26,457 bases of DNA from a virus (IMGVR_UViG_3300049638_000482); one strand, 5' to 3'. Positions 7,170-16,537 are shown, numbered from the stretch's first letter. The notes: generated by a model not told the origin, from the sequence alone. A program made the numbers and translations.

Positions 7170-9512
7170 ATGGCTAATATTAACGACGAGTTCGAAGAGC
7201 TTTTCGAGGATGGCAGCGAGGTTGATGACACCTTGAGCAGCGTCGATATCGACGAAGGTGACATCACCGCTCTGGCTCATCTTTACAAGGGCAATTCCGA
7301 GGGCTTCAAGTCACTGGCAGAGGGGTATTCAGCCTACTCGTTTGAAACGATGCAGAACCGTTCTCTTCCAGACGTTCGCGATGGTCTGAAGCCGGTTCAG
7401 CGTCGTATCATCTACGCGATGTACCTCAACAAGAAGAAGTTCGCTCAAGAGAATGGCTCTCTTGAGCTGGTCGGTGCGGTTTATCCCATGCATCCGCACG
7501 GTGATAGCTCCATCTATAGTGCCGCTGTGCGAATGACCGATAAGAACGGTTCCTTCATGGTACCTCTGCTGTCTGGCGGTGGTAACGTTGGTACGGTTGT
7601 GCAGCCGGGTAAGGAAGCCGCTCCGCGTTATTCGAAGATGTGGGCGCATAAGAATGATTACGATTTCCTTCGCGATATGGACGGCGCTTTCTGGAAGCCC
7701 GCAGAGGCAGATGAGTCCAAGATGGAGCCCGCGTATCTGCCCGTCAGGTATCCTTTCGTGCTGTGCAACCCCGCCATGGGTATTGCCGTCGGCATGAATA
7801 CCAATATCCCGGCATACAATTTCTTTGACGTGGTGAATCTCACCATCAAGTATCTTAAGGGTGAGGACATCACCCATGAGGTGCTTTGCCCTGATTTTCC
7901 GACCGGCGGTTTCGTGCTCAAGAACGATGAGGAGTTCTTGAAGATTCTAAACCTAGGTCATGGTCAGGTGCGTATTCGTGCCCGTGTGGAGATCTCTCCC
8001 AAGGGTGATGATATTGAGGTTCTCGAGATTCCATACGGCAAGACCCGTGAAAGCATTATCGATTCCATCAACCGTATCATTGCCCCTCCGAAGGATGTTG
8101 ATGTTCAGCCGATTCCGGGGCTTAAGGCGGTTAATAACTATACGCAGTACAAGAGCAATAACATTTCCATCTCTTGTGCTCGTGGAACGGCTGAGACAGT
8201 TCTCCTCCATCTCTACAAGCGGGGTATTCTTCAGACCAACTTCAGTGCCCGCCTGAATGTGGTTAACGGTAATCAGCCCATTATCGGTGGCATCCCCGAA
8301 ATTCTGGAGGCTTGGTATCAAGCCCGTGAAAGGGTGATGGCTAAGGTATTCCACAATGAAATCGAGGGATACAAGCAGGCTTATATTCAGTACAGCTACT
8401 TCCTTCGCCTCGTGATGAACGAGGAGTGGAAGGATGAGTACCTTCGCCGTATCACCAAGGTGTCCACGGCTTCGGCTGATGAGTACCTCAAGGGTATTTT
8501 CGAGGATATCCCCGAAGATGTGGTCAAGTGGATTCATGATCGTCGTGCTGCGGAGTTCAATAAGGGCGGAAAGTACAAGGATGCTCTGGACAACACCAGG
8601 AGTGCTCTTGAAGAGGCCAAGTACAATTCCGAGCATATCAAGGAATATGTTATCAAGGATCTAGAATCCCTTAAGAAAGAGCACGCTGGCGAGTTCCCAC
8701 GTATCTCTGAGCTGACTACCAAGGACTATAAGTTCGTCAAGGCCTCTGATATCAAGAGTGAAGACGCCGAGGAAGTAGAAGAAGCCCCGGCTTGGTTCAC
8801 CGTAACCAAGGAAGGTCTGCTCTATAAGACCCGCGACCAGCTGGCTCTGAGTGATATCGTATTCCAGGAGTGCATCTCTGGTTCCTCCACGCTCATCGGC
8901 TTTGATATTTATGGACGTATTCTGCGGTTCTTTGGAGAGCAGGTACCTGTGTCCAATAGCGCGGTCAACCTGACTGAGTACTTCGATGTTCCAGCCGAAT
9001 ACCGCGTTGCTACTCCTCAGCACCCTGCATGGGGTATTCCTTACATGACCGAACTTGACGGCAAGAAGCGCTATATCCTGTATACCAATGGTAAGCTTTC
9101 CATTCTGGATACTGCCAAGTATATCAATAAGGGCGCTCGCCGTCGTGTGGTCAATAATGGTATGCCCGCAGATGTTTATGAGAATCTGTTCGAAATCATC
9201 CACGAAGATGACATGCCCGAGACTATCATCGCCGTCGATAACGGTAAGTCTCGGTGCCGCGTGGGTTGGTTCAGCACCGAGGACATCCGTGAAACCGCTT
9301 CAGCGAAAGCCCAGGAAAGGGTATTGGGCGGTGCAGCCAATCTGTATGCGTGGCATGGAGCCACCGACGAGGAGCTGTCCGAACTGTTCGGCGGTACGGA
9401 AAATGAGTATCAGGACCGAGTCAAGGGCACTAGTGACGAGGACATGCTGGAGCGGGTTGCTGGCGCATGTGATTATGGTTCGTTCGTGCGCGACGCGTTC
9501 GTGGGCGCGTAG
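7170..9512 (+). CDS. gyrA: Type IIA DNA topoisomerase subunit A (GyrA/ParC family)
   Basis: RSLPDVRDGLKPVQRRIIYAM, HPHGDSSIY, AAPRY (catalytic Tyr, codon 7629-7631), GIAVGMNTNIP, PDFPTGG; degenerate beta-pinwheel-like C-terminus. Confidence 0.95.
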   Translation: MANINDEFEELFEDGSEVDDTLSSVDIDEGDITALAHLYKGNSEGFKSLAEGYSAYSFETMQNRSLPDVRDGLKPVQRRIIYAMYLNKKKFAQENGSLELVGAVYPMHPHGDSSIYSAAVRMTDKNGSFMVPLLSGGGNVGTVVQPGKEAAPRYSKMWAHKNDYDFLRDMDGAFWKPAEADESKMEPAYLPVRYPFVLCNPAMGIAVGMNTNIPAYNFFDVVNLTIKYLKGEDITHEVLCPDFPTGGFVLKNDEEFLKILNLGHGQVRIRARVEISPKGDDIEVLEIPYGKTRESIIDSINRIIAPPKDVDVQPIPGLKAVNNYTQYKSNNISISCARGTAETVLLHLYKRGILQTNFSARLNVVNGNQPIIGGIPEILEAWYQARERVMAKVFHNEIEGYKQAYIQYSYFLRLVMNEEWKDEYLRRITKVSTASADEYLKGIFEDIPEDVVKWIHDRRAAEFNKGGKYKDALDNTRSALEEAKYNSEHIKEYVIKDLESLKKEHAGEFPRISELTTKDYKFVKASDIKSEDAEEVEEAPAWFTVTKEGLLYKTRDQLALSDIVFQECISGSSTLIGFDIYGRILRFFGEQVPVSNSAVNLTEYFDVPAEYRVATPQHPAWGIPYMTELDGKKRYILYTNGKLSILDTAKYINKGARRRVVNNGMPADVYENLFEIIHEDDMPETIIAVDNGKSRCRVGWFSTEDIRETASAKAQERVLGGAANLYAWHGATDEELSELFGGTENEYQDRVKGTSDEDMLERVAGACDYGSFVRDAFVGA

Positions 9513-9542
9513 CCGCGCGGCGTGTGGCGGGTGCCTCTGAAC

Positions 9543-9679
9543 GGCGTTCTATGGTGCCGTGGGCGGTGTGTGGGTGGCTGTGGCTATCCCCGCCGCCTAT
9601 GGTGCCGTTTGGCGTTCTATGGTGCCGTTTTCGCGGTTTGCGTGGGTGGCGGTTCGGGCTATGGCGGGCTATGGCGGCG
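9543..9679 (+). repeat. Cluster of short direct repeats (CTATGGTGCCGT x3, CTATGGCGG x2) in a G-rich intergenic segment
   Basis: GGCGTTCTATGGTGCCGT at 9543 and 9611, CTATGGTGCCGT at 9597, GGCTATGGCGGGCTATGGCGG near 9657-9677. Confidence 0.75.
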
Positions 9680-9730
9680 CGGCAGGTCATCAGGTAAAGA
9701 GAAACGGAAAGGGTCAGGCGAGAACTGTCT

Positions 9731-10216
9731 ATGGGCAGGGTATTCATCTTCATCAAGAATTTCTGGTGCCTCCTGTGGCATTGGGCTGTGCTGGTTATTC
9801 CAGTCCGTCTCCTGTTTCCTAATGAGCCTTCTTGGTTGGGTGCTGATTGGTATGCTCTGTTGGCTGGATATGAGTGGGGCGTGCCGCTGACGGTGTTCGG
9901 TTTCATCTCATTCGTTATGGCGTCTCAGTACATCGAGTTTAATAGGTTTCCATTGGTCAGTCTGTTCAGCGGTAGGGGTCTGGTGAACAGGCTCAACACG
10001 GGTGTTGAAGACTTTCTGGAAAGCCTAGCAGAAGAAAAGGGCGAAGAGTCTAATACGACGGAGCCAAAGGAGGAGCCAAAGGAGGAGCCAAAGGAGGAGC
10101 CCCAGGAGGAGCCCTCGGGTATTACTAATGATGAGGTCGATAAAGACGCAGAAGAAGATTCCCAGGAAGGAGATTCTCAAGAAGTACCCTTTAAGGTTGT
10201 TCCGCCCAGCCTGTAA
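9731..10216 (+). CDS. Hypothetical membrane protein with acidic EPKE-repeat tail
   Basis: Hydrophobic Trp-rich N-half; acidic C-half; in-frame TAA at 9695 bounds the 5' end. Confidence 0.65.
   Translation: MGRVFIFIKNFWCLLWHWAVLVIPVRLLFPNEPSWLGADWYALLAGYEWGVPLTVFGFISFVMASQYIEFNRFPLVSLFSGRGLVNRLNTGVEDFLESLAEEKGEESNTTEPKEEPKEEPKEEPQEEPSGITNDEVDKDAEEDSQEGDSQEVPFKVVPPSL
10061..10114 (+). repeat. 12-bp coding tandem repeat GAGCCAAAGGAG (EPKE), about 4.5 units
   Basis: Units at 10061, 10073, 10085, variant at 10097, partial at 10109. Confidence 0.9.
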
Positions 10217-10220
10217 TACT

Positions 10221-10250
10221 TTAGCATTTTTTCCTCAGGCGTGGTATCAT
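10221..10250 (+). promoter_or_regulatory. Putative sigma70-type promoter (TTAGCA-N18-TATCAT with extended TG)
   Basis: -35-like 10221-10226, TGG 10242-10244, -10-like 10245-10250, upstream of the DnaB RBS (AGGAG 10268-10272). Confidence 0.45.
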
Positions 10251-10279
10251 TTAAGTAGAGATAGTTTAGGAGTGTGTCT

Positions 10280-11998
10280 ATGTCTGAAAGCATGGAGGCG
10301 AATGAGCCAACCCCGGAGCAGCTTGGGTATTCTGATCCCAGCGAGTTTGACTTCGAGGACGATTATGATGATACCAGTAGTTCCGAGGTCAAGCCTGCAG
10401 GTGTGGAAGAGAAAGCCAAGGTAGAGGAGTCCACGCAGAGTGCCTCGGATATTCTTAAAGAGCTGAAAGGCTCTAAGTTAAGTCTTTCATTTGGTGGGGC
10501 TTCCAATTCAACTCCTGTCAAGAGCAGTTTGAGTGGTCTCAGTGCTGATGTGGTTGGTAGCCTTGTTTCGGAGCATGATGATAATCGCCTTAATGAGGCT
10601 TATATTGCTTTGGGTAACGGTTCCATCCTTCGAGGCGAGGATTGGGGTATTTGGCGCGTAATTTACGCTATGCGTACCATGGGATTCTTGCCCGATAGGG
10701 AGTTCATTAGTGGTTTCCTGAACCGTAATCGTAATTTGATTTACCGTGCCAATGGCAAGAACATCAACCTTAAAGATTATAAGCCTGTGGCTGGTGATGA
10801 TATTGCTGGGTATATTGCAGCAGTAGTTGAGCGTTATGACAGTCTGTATCCCAAGTATTTGAATCAAACCATTGAGGAGTATCATAAGGCTCTCACGGTG
10901 TATCGAATGCAGTACGCTAGCATTGAGACTGCGGAACTGTACCAGAAGGCTTTGGATATCAATGGCGAAGGTCTCAAGGTAGGTCGCAATTACCTACAGG
11001 GTGTCGAGGATAGCTATGCGTACATCCGCGATGGCATCACGGGTATTATGTCCGCGACGAGCGACTCGGTGGATGTGTCTAGGAAGAGTATGCGTGATCT
11101 GTATCAGGATTTGAAGTCTGGCGATACAGAGAAATCATACAAGATTTGTGATTTCGTGGGTATTCCCACTCTTAATAAGGTTTGGGGAGGTCTGTGGACG
11201 GGCAACCTGTATTCCATTCTTGCCCCGGCTAAAGCTGGTAAGACACGCTTCTGTGCCCGACTTTGCCATTCGGCGTTGATGGCAGGCAAAAATGTGACTG
11301 TGTGGCCAGTTGAAGGTGGCGATGAGGAATGGCTTGCCCATATGCGCTCCATCCATTATCATTACTTTCATAACGAGGGCAAGCCCGTTGACCAGTGGGT
11401 TCCTCGTCTTGATATGATTTCCGTCAAGAATGGTACTTTCATCAACGATGCTCAGAAGAAGTATGAGGAGCTTAGCACTGCTGACCTGTTTAACAACGAG
11501 AGCTACGGTTCCGTTGATATCGTCGAGGGTACTTTCGAAGAAGGCACCTTCCTCGATAAGATTCGTGAAAGTGTGAAACACAACAACTCCTCTCTGGTTA
11601 TCATTGATTATATGCAGTGGCTTAAGCCCTCTCCCGGCGATAGGCGGAGTAAGTGGGAGGTGCTTATGGATGGCTACATTGACCTTGCCAAGTACGTTTC
11701 CGAGGCTAATGTGGCTGTTGTGTCCCCCGCTCAGTTCAATCAGGAGACTATCAAGGGTCTTATCAAGTCTGGCTCAGACAACAGTGATCTTCGAACCGCT
11801 AGTAGTGGTACGTCCGAAGTTATTCGAGCCAGTGATATGATTCTTGGTCTGTGGGCAAGCACTACTGACCTTGAGAATAATCAGATGCAGATAATCTCTG
11901 TGCCATCCCGTAAAGCGCCTCCATTCGAGAATATCAACCTAACCATCGACTTGGGGACTAGTACGTTCCGGGAGATTCCTAGGAGTGCGCAGGATTGA
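10280..11998 (+). CDS. dnaB: DnaB-like replicative helicase with acidic N-terminal extension
   Basis: Walker A APAKAGKT, LVIIDYMQWL (IDYLQ), SPAQFNQE (SQLNR-like), SGTSEVIRASDMILGL (SGSIEQDAD-like); ATG 7 nt after AGGAG. Confidence 0.85.
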   Translation: MSESMEANEPTPEQLGYSDPSEFDFEDDYDDTSSSEVKPAGVEEKAKVEESTQSASDILKELKGSKLSLSFGGASNSTPVKSSLSGLSADVVGSLVSEHDDNRLNEAYIALGNGSILRGEDWGIWRVIYAMRTMGFLPDREFISGFLNRNRNLIYRANGKNINLKDYKPVAGDDIAGYIAAVVERYDSLYPKYLNQTIEEYHKALTVYRMQYASIETAELYQKALDINGEGLKVGRNYLQGVEDSYAYIRDGITGIMSATSDSVDVSRKSMRDLYQDLKSGDTEKSYKICDFVGIPTLNKVWGGLWTGNLYSILAPAKAGKTRFCARLCHSALMAGKNVTVWPVEGGDEEWLAHMRSIHYHYFHNEGKPVDQWVPRLDMISVKNGTFINDAQKKYEELSTADLFNNESYGSVDIVEGTFEEGTFLDKIRESVKHNNSSLVIIDYMQWLKPSPGDRRSKWEVLMDGYIDLAKYVSEANVAVVSPAQFNQETIKGLIKSGSDNSDLRTASSGTSEVIRASDMILGLWASTTDLENNQMQIISVPSRKAPPFENINLTIDLGTSTFREIPRSAQD

Positions 11999-12010
11999 TG
12001 GTTTAAGGCG

Positions 12011-12054
12011 CCTCATAGGTACTAATCCTCGGTGATTGCCTATGAGGAGTTTTT
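12011..12054 (+). terminator. Rho-independent terminator-like hairpin after dnaB
   Basis: CCTCATAGG...CCTATGAGG stem followed by AGTTTTT. Confidence 0.6.
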
Positions 12055-12084
12055 AAATTGGTCTGTAAAGAGTTTCATACTATT

Positions 12085-12708
12085 ATGCTACCAGCCCCAG
12101 AGGGTATTCAATCCTTCTGGGGTGTCAGCGAAGCATATCACAACGATTACTATGAGTCCCTCAATAAGTTGAAGTCCATCGAGACTTCGGATGAGTTTAT
12201 CTCGTTGGCTAAGAATATGCTGTCGGGTCTGTCTGATGATAGTAAGTTCTTGAGGCAAGAAGCCTTCCTTGCAGCGTCGCAAGATTGGGTCAGTAACAAA
12301 ATGTCCTCCAGCTCTCGGAAGCAGAGTGTTTTCTTCCGTGTCAATCCCCGCAGGGTTATCTTATATAAGTCGGCTGTCATCTTGCCTAATGGTATAGGTC
12401 GTTGCAAGTTTTATGATAGGTGCCCTTGGGAGACCAAGAGGGGTATTAACCTCATCGCCGTTCAGATAACCAAAAGCCTTAAGGGTGATTACAAAATAAA
12501 GTTTATCGCCAGCAGCCCCGAAATAAAAATGGGTAAGACCTTGGTCGATGGCAATGCCCTGTATTGGGAGTCCACAAGTGAGCTCCGTAATATCCTCAGG
12601 GACAGCCGTATGGGCTTCACTGTCACAGCCAGGGTCACAGAATGGCTCAGGGACAGAAAATCAGAGATAGAGAAGAAAGAGAAAGAGCAGGTTCCCGATG
12701 AAGATTAA
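12085..12708 (+). CDS. Hypothetical protein
   Basis: Open frame 12058-12708; first ATG at 12085; stop overlaps the next gene; no recognisable motif. Confidence 0.65.
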   Translation: MLPAPEGIQSFWGVSEAYHNDYYESLNKLKSIETSDEFISLAKNMLSGLSDDSKFLRQEAFLAASQDWVSNKMSSSSRKQSVFFRVNPRRVILYKSAVILPNGIGRCKFYDRCPWETKRGINLIAVQITKSLKGDYKIKFIASSPEIKMGKTLVDGNALYWESTSELRNILRDSRMGFTVTARVTEWLRDRKSEIEKKEKEQVPDED

Positions 12709-13417
12709 CGGTAAGCAGGTCTCCCCAGTGGAAGACAAGAAGACCAAGGGTATTCCTGCAACCCAGTCAAAGAGCCACAGCAAGAAGCGCACCATCGCAC
12801 TGATGATTGTCATGATTCTTGTTGTTTCCTCAATCCTTGCTGGGTTGGTGTTTTTCGCTATCAAGACGCGCCCATCGGGGAAGGCTTCCATGAGTGCAAG
12901 TACTTCGCAGGTTTCGGGGAGCGAATCCTCAGACGCTAATAACTCAAAGGCTCCAGCCGAAGACTCAGGCGGGGTATTAAGAAACAAAGTCTCTGTCAAG
13001 GACGTTTCTGTTGAGGATGATTCTTTGGGTTATAATATCAGTGTCGTGTCGTACATCCCAGAGTATAAAGCTTCTGACGGCTCCACAGTAATGCTCGTTG
13101 AGTATATGGCTAAGCCTATTGGCTCGGTGTATTCACTGGTTGATACGTCCGCACTCAAGCTTAAGATTAACGATAAGGTAATCAGCAGCTCTTCCGATTA
13201 TAATATGGAAATGTCCAAGCTCAACCTTAACGTGTTCGAGAGTACGCAAGCAGCCCAAGAAGTCGATGGCTGGTTGGCATACCCTTACAACGGAGACTCC
13301 AAAGGTGTTACACTTTACTACGACAGGGGAACCGTCAGTGTTGATTCGACCCTTGATAGTGCTGGCATTGTCAAGCCGGAAATGAAGAAAGAAATCCTTC
13401 TTTCTCCAGGAGAGTAG
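12698..13417 (+). CDS. Membrane-anchored extracytoplasmic protein with Ser-rich linker and probable Ig-like (DUF4352-like) domain
   Basis: Basic N-terminus, TM IALMIVMILVVSSILAGLVFFAI, S-rich linker, beta-rich domain ending EVDGWLAYPY...VTLYY. Confidence 0.6.
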   Translation: MKINGKQVSPVEDKKTKGIPATQSKSHSKKRTIALMIVMILVVSSILAGLVFFAIKTRPSGKASMSASTSQVSGSESSDANNSKAPAEDSGGVLRNKVSVKDVSVEDDSLGYNISVVSYIPEYKASDGSTVMLVEYMAKPIGSVYSLVDTSALKLKINDKVISSSSDYNMEMSKLNLNVFESTQAAQEVDGWLAYPYNGDSKGVTLYYDRGTVSVDSTLDSAGIVKPEMKKEILLSPGE

Positions 13418-13422
13418 GAACC

Positions 13423-14547
13423 ATGCGTATCCCTCGGGTATTACTAATTTTTCTGACTTTGGTCGCCACGCTGTTTGGTGCGCCCTTGTCGGCTTATGCA
13501 GAGCAGTGCCAATCTAGTTACGTGTATACTCCAGCTACCGTAGACCCGTGGGTTAAGCAGTGGGGACCTCAGGCAGTTGATTTGGGTCAGAAGAATGGTT
13601 TCCCTCCAGCGGCTGTGTTGGCTCAAGGTGGTCTTGAATCCGGATGGGGCGGAAGCCCTGCTTGTGATACTAATTACTTTGGTATCAAGGCGGCTGGAAG
13701 TTGGTGGAAGGGTGATTCTTGCACTGCACCAACAAAAGAAAATGTTAATGGTGCGTTAGTGTCTATTAATGATGCATTTGCCAAGCCGAAGAAGGGTGAG
13801 GAGATGTTGCTGTGGGTGACTTTCCTCAAGAGTAATTCTAGATACCAGTCCGCTTTCAATTACCCGAATGACGCCCACAAGTTTATAGCTGAGGTTGCGA
13901 AAGCAGGCTATGCGACAAGTAATTGCTACCTTCCGGCGCTTAATCCAGCCATTGACGCCATTGAGGAAAGCATGAAGCGGCAGGGTATTAAAGCGGGCGA
14001 CGCCTCCAGTTCGTCCGACAAAAAGATAACCGCTCCGGGCGCTAACAGTAGTGATAGCGATGGCGGTTTGGTTTCCGAGGACGATCTCACTGGCATGCCT
14101 GATAGGAATAACTACAAGGCTGAGAATGGTACTGGCACACCGGATAAGAAGCTTGAAGGTATGGAGGGCTATAGTCTTGCCCAGCTTGAGGATTCCAAGA
14201 CGCTTCAGGAAGAGATGGACAACCATAAGCTGATGCGGGGCGCTATCATGCTCTTGGGTATTATCATACTAATATATGGTGTCGCCCTTGGCATGGCTTG
14301 GATGTTCGATAAGGCGAACACAGTGTTTGATTTCAGTATGCTTTCGGTATTAACGATGGGCAAGCTTAATCTTGTTCAAGACAAGTTTGATAAGAGTAAG
14401 CAGCGGGTTACAGTCAAGAGGCTGATTGTGATTATGATTATCTGTTTTGTGACAGGTGGTTTGGTGCTTTCCGGTGGAGCGACGGGTTTTGTGCTTAAAG
14501 CCTACTGGTGGATTACAGACACGCTTGACAAGATGACAACGAGGTGA
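13423..14547 (+). CDS. Secreted GH73 glucosaminidase (FlgJ-like muramidase) with C-terminal multi-TM anchor
   Basis: Signal peptide (...AYA/EQ); AAVLAQGGLESGWG, NYFGIKA, SRYQ, GYATS..Y motifs; C-terminal TM module shared with 15299..16537. Confidence 0.85.
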   Translation: MRIPRVLLIFLTLVATLFGAPLSAYAEQCQSSYVYTPATVDPWVKQWGPQAVDLGQKNGFPPAAVLAQGGLESGWGGSPACDTNYFGIKAAGSWWKGDSCTAPTKENVNGALVSINDAFAKPKKGEEMLLWVTFLKSNSRYQSAFNYPNDAHKFIAEVAKAGYATSNCYLPALNPAIDAIEESMKRQGIKAGDASSSSDKKITAPGANSSDSDGGLVSEDDLTGMPDRNNYKAENGTGTPDKKLEGMEGYSLAQLEDSKTLQEEMDNHKLMRGAIMLLGIIILIYGVALGMAWMFDKANTVFDFSMLSVLTMGKLNLVQDKFDKSKQRVTVKRLIVIMIICFVTGGLVLSGGATGFVLKAYWWITDTLDKMTTR

Positions 14548-14555
14548 TAAGAGCT

Positions 14556-15302
14556 ATGAAAGTCGGCAAGAAGGAAATCAAAAAGGCAAGTGGTGGTAGT
14601 GTTCAGCCCGTCCGTTCCTATCAAGATGAAGAAGGCGTAGCCACTTCCAAAGGCAAGGGACGCTTGGTGGCAATCATGTTGTCTTTTGTTGTGGTGTTCG
14701 CCCTCATCGTGGGAGCGGGTATTTACGGTTGGGTGCAGAAGCGTCAGCGTGATTATGATACCGTTGCAGGTCAGGTGGCGCAGAGCAACTCCGCGAAGGA
14801 GAGCGGTTCAAGTAGTGATAGTGGTGAGTCCCCCGATAATAAGGACGAAGGTTCTTCGCAAGCAGATAACGGTCTGCCTTCCATCAATGTTGATGACATG
14901 AATAATACCAGCGCTTCCGCCGATGATGTCAAGAAAGCCTTGGTCGGTCTTCCGCAGGGTATTACGGGCAAGAGCCAAGGGTCCGTGGATGATACGGTTG
15001 ATTATAAAGTCAATCAGATGTTCGACCTGTATGGATTGGGTCTTGCGGGCACAGGTGGTATCCTTTATCAGAGTGGTGATTATGCCTTGGTGTGCTACAA
15101 GGGCGGTTATACGGTCGTGGTAAAGCAATCCCAGGGTATTCCAGTCGCTTTGCGGTCTGCTGATGCCTTCTCTGCGGATACTAAGAGCAAGATAGAAAGC
15201 GTCTACATCGGTGGAGCAAAGTATGACACTCTTCTTGGTAAGGAGAGCCTTGTGCTTGATGACTCACTGTATGCCGAGGCTAAGGGGGCTTTGACAAAAT
15301 GA
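14556..15302 (+). CDS. Membrane-anchored protein with Ser-rich linker, unknown extracellular domain
   Basis: TM LVAIMLSFVVVFALIVGAGIYGW; GAGGTG 9 nt before ATG 14556; ATGA overlap with the next gene. Confidence 0.7.
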   Translation: MKVGKKEIKKASGGSVQPVRSYQDEEGVATSKGKGRLVAIMLSFVVVFALIVGAGIYGWVQKRQRDYDTVAGQVAQSNSAKESGSSSDSGESPDNKDEGSSQADNGLPSINVDDMNNTSASADDVKKALVGLPQGITGKSQGSVDDTVDYKVNQMFDLYGLGLAGTGGILYQSGDYALVCYKGGYTVVVKQSQGIPVALRSADAFSADTKSKIESVYIGGAKYDTLLGKESLVLDDSLYAEAKGALTK

Positions 15303-16537
15303 AAGAGCTATGGAAAAGTCTTCTGGTTGCTGTTTCGACATTCCTTGCCTTCCTTATAGCAGTGCCCGCTTCTTTCGGTTGGATTTCCTTTAACGATGCT
15401 TGGAGTGACCCAACCAAGCAGGCCATCATGATGGAGTTCGCATCCCAAGGCAAGGCAAAGGGCTTCAACACTAATGCCATCGCGGGTATTCTGGGTAATG
15501 TCAGTGCTGAGAGCGGATTTAGACCAGAGGCGGGCAATGAAATTGGTTGCGCTGGTTTTGTGCAGTTCTGCGGAGGAAGGGCTGCAGGTCTTATTAACGC
15601 TGTTCCTGATTATAAGACTAACTATAAGAAGCAGATAGAATATATCTACAATGAGATGGGCGACGGCTCTTTCTTCACAACATATAACAGTCGCATCGAA
15701 TGGACTGCGGCTGAAGTGCCGGGGTCTGAGAGTTGCAGAGTAGCCGATTTCAATTCCTTCAAGGGTATTAACGACCCGAAGTGCGCGGCAATCGCTTTCG
15801 AAGCTACTCATGAGAGGTGCGGTAATAGGGGTAGCGTGCAGGTGAGTTGTAGTATTCAGCAAAGAGCAAGCTTTGCTGATGACGCCGTTAAAAGTGGTAA
15901 GATAAATGGCTCCGCTGCAAGTAGCACCAGTGATACCAAGACGGAAGATAAGAAGCAGAGTACTTCAGCCTCTTCTGATGATAGTGGTCATTTGGTGCCC
16001 GAAGAAGACCTAGAGGGTATGCCAGACCAAAACGACTACAAGGCCAAGGGTGAGTTGCAGCTTCCGGGAAAGGGTGGCTATGGAGACACTGGGGGCGGTG
16101 GCTCTAATTCGAGCGGCATGTCCAGTTCTGGTCTTGGAGCCATGGAGGGATATTCAGTGGCTTCCCTGAAAGAGAACGAAGAGTTGCTTCATGAGGTGCA
16201 AACCCGCAGCCTAATCCGCGGTGGAATCATGCTCGTGGGTATTATCATCTTGATATACGGTGTTGTTCTCGGCATGGCATTGATGTTCGATAAAGCTAAC
16301 ACAGTGTTCAATTTCAGTATGCTGTCGGTGGTTACATTCGGAAGGATGAATCTGGTTAAAGATAAGTTTGATACTAGTGCAATCCGTGTAACCTCCAAAC
16401 GCGTCCTGTTCATGATGCTTATTTGCTTCGTCGTGGCAAGTATCGTGCTTAGCGGAGCCGAATTCGATTGGCTATTGAATGCCCTGTGGAAAGCTTCCGA
16501 TTTCCTTAAGGATAAGCTGAATTGGCTCGGTTCGTAG
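15299..16537 (+). CDS. Secreted phage-tail-lysozyme-like (Phage_lysozyme2) peptidoglycan hydrolase with C-terminal multi-TM anchor
   Basis: Signal peptide; AIAGILGNVSAESGFRP, GFVQF..GR, QIEYIYNEM, AAIAFEATHER, QRASFA; C-terminus paralogous to 13423..14547. Confidence 0.8.
   Translation: MKELWKSLLVAVSTFLAFLIAVPASFGWISFNDAWSDPTKQAIMMEFASQGKAKGFNTNAIAGILGNVSAESGFRPEAGNEIGCAGFVQFCGGRAAGLINAVPDYKTNYKKQIEYIYNEMGDGSFFTTYNSRIEWTAAEVPGSESCRVADFNSFKGINDPKCAAIAFEATHERCGNRGSVQVSCSIQQRASFADDAVKSGKINGSAASSTSDTKTEDKKQSTSASSDDSGHLVPEEDLEGMPDQNDYKAKGELQLPGKGGYGDTGGGGSNSSGMSSSGLGAMEGYSVASLKENEELLHEVQTRSLIRGGIMLVGIIILIYGVVLGMALMFDKANTVFNFSMLSVVTFGRMNLVKDKFDTSAIRVTSKRVLFMMLICFVVASIVLSGAEFDWLLNALWKASDFLKDKLNWLGS

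Noticed and set aside
9522-9890. ORFs over the G-rich segment (9522..9890, 9559..9822, 9430..9906 minus)
   Set aside because: Implausible W/C/G/R-rich translations, no RBS, and overlap with the better-supported 9731 gene.
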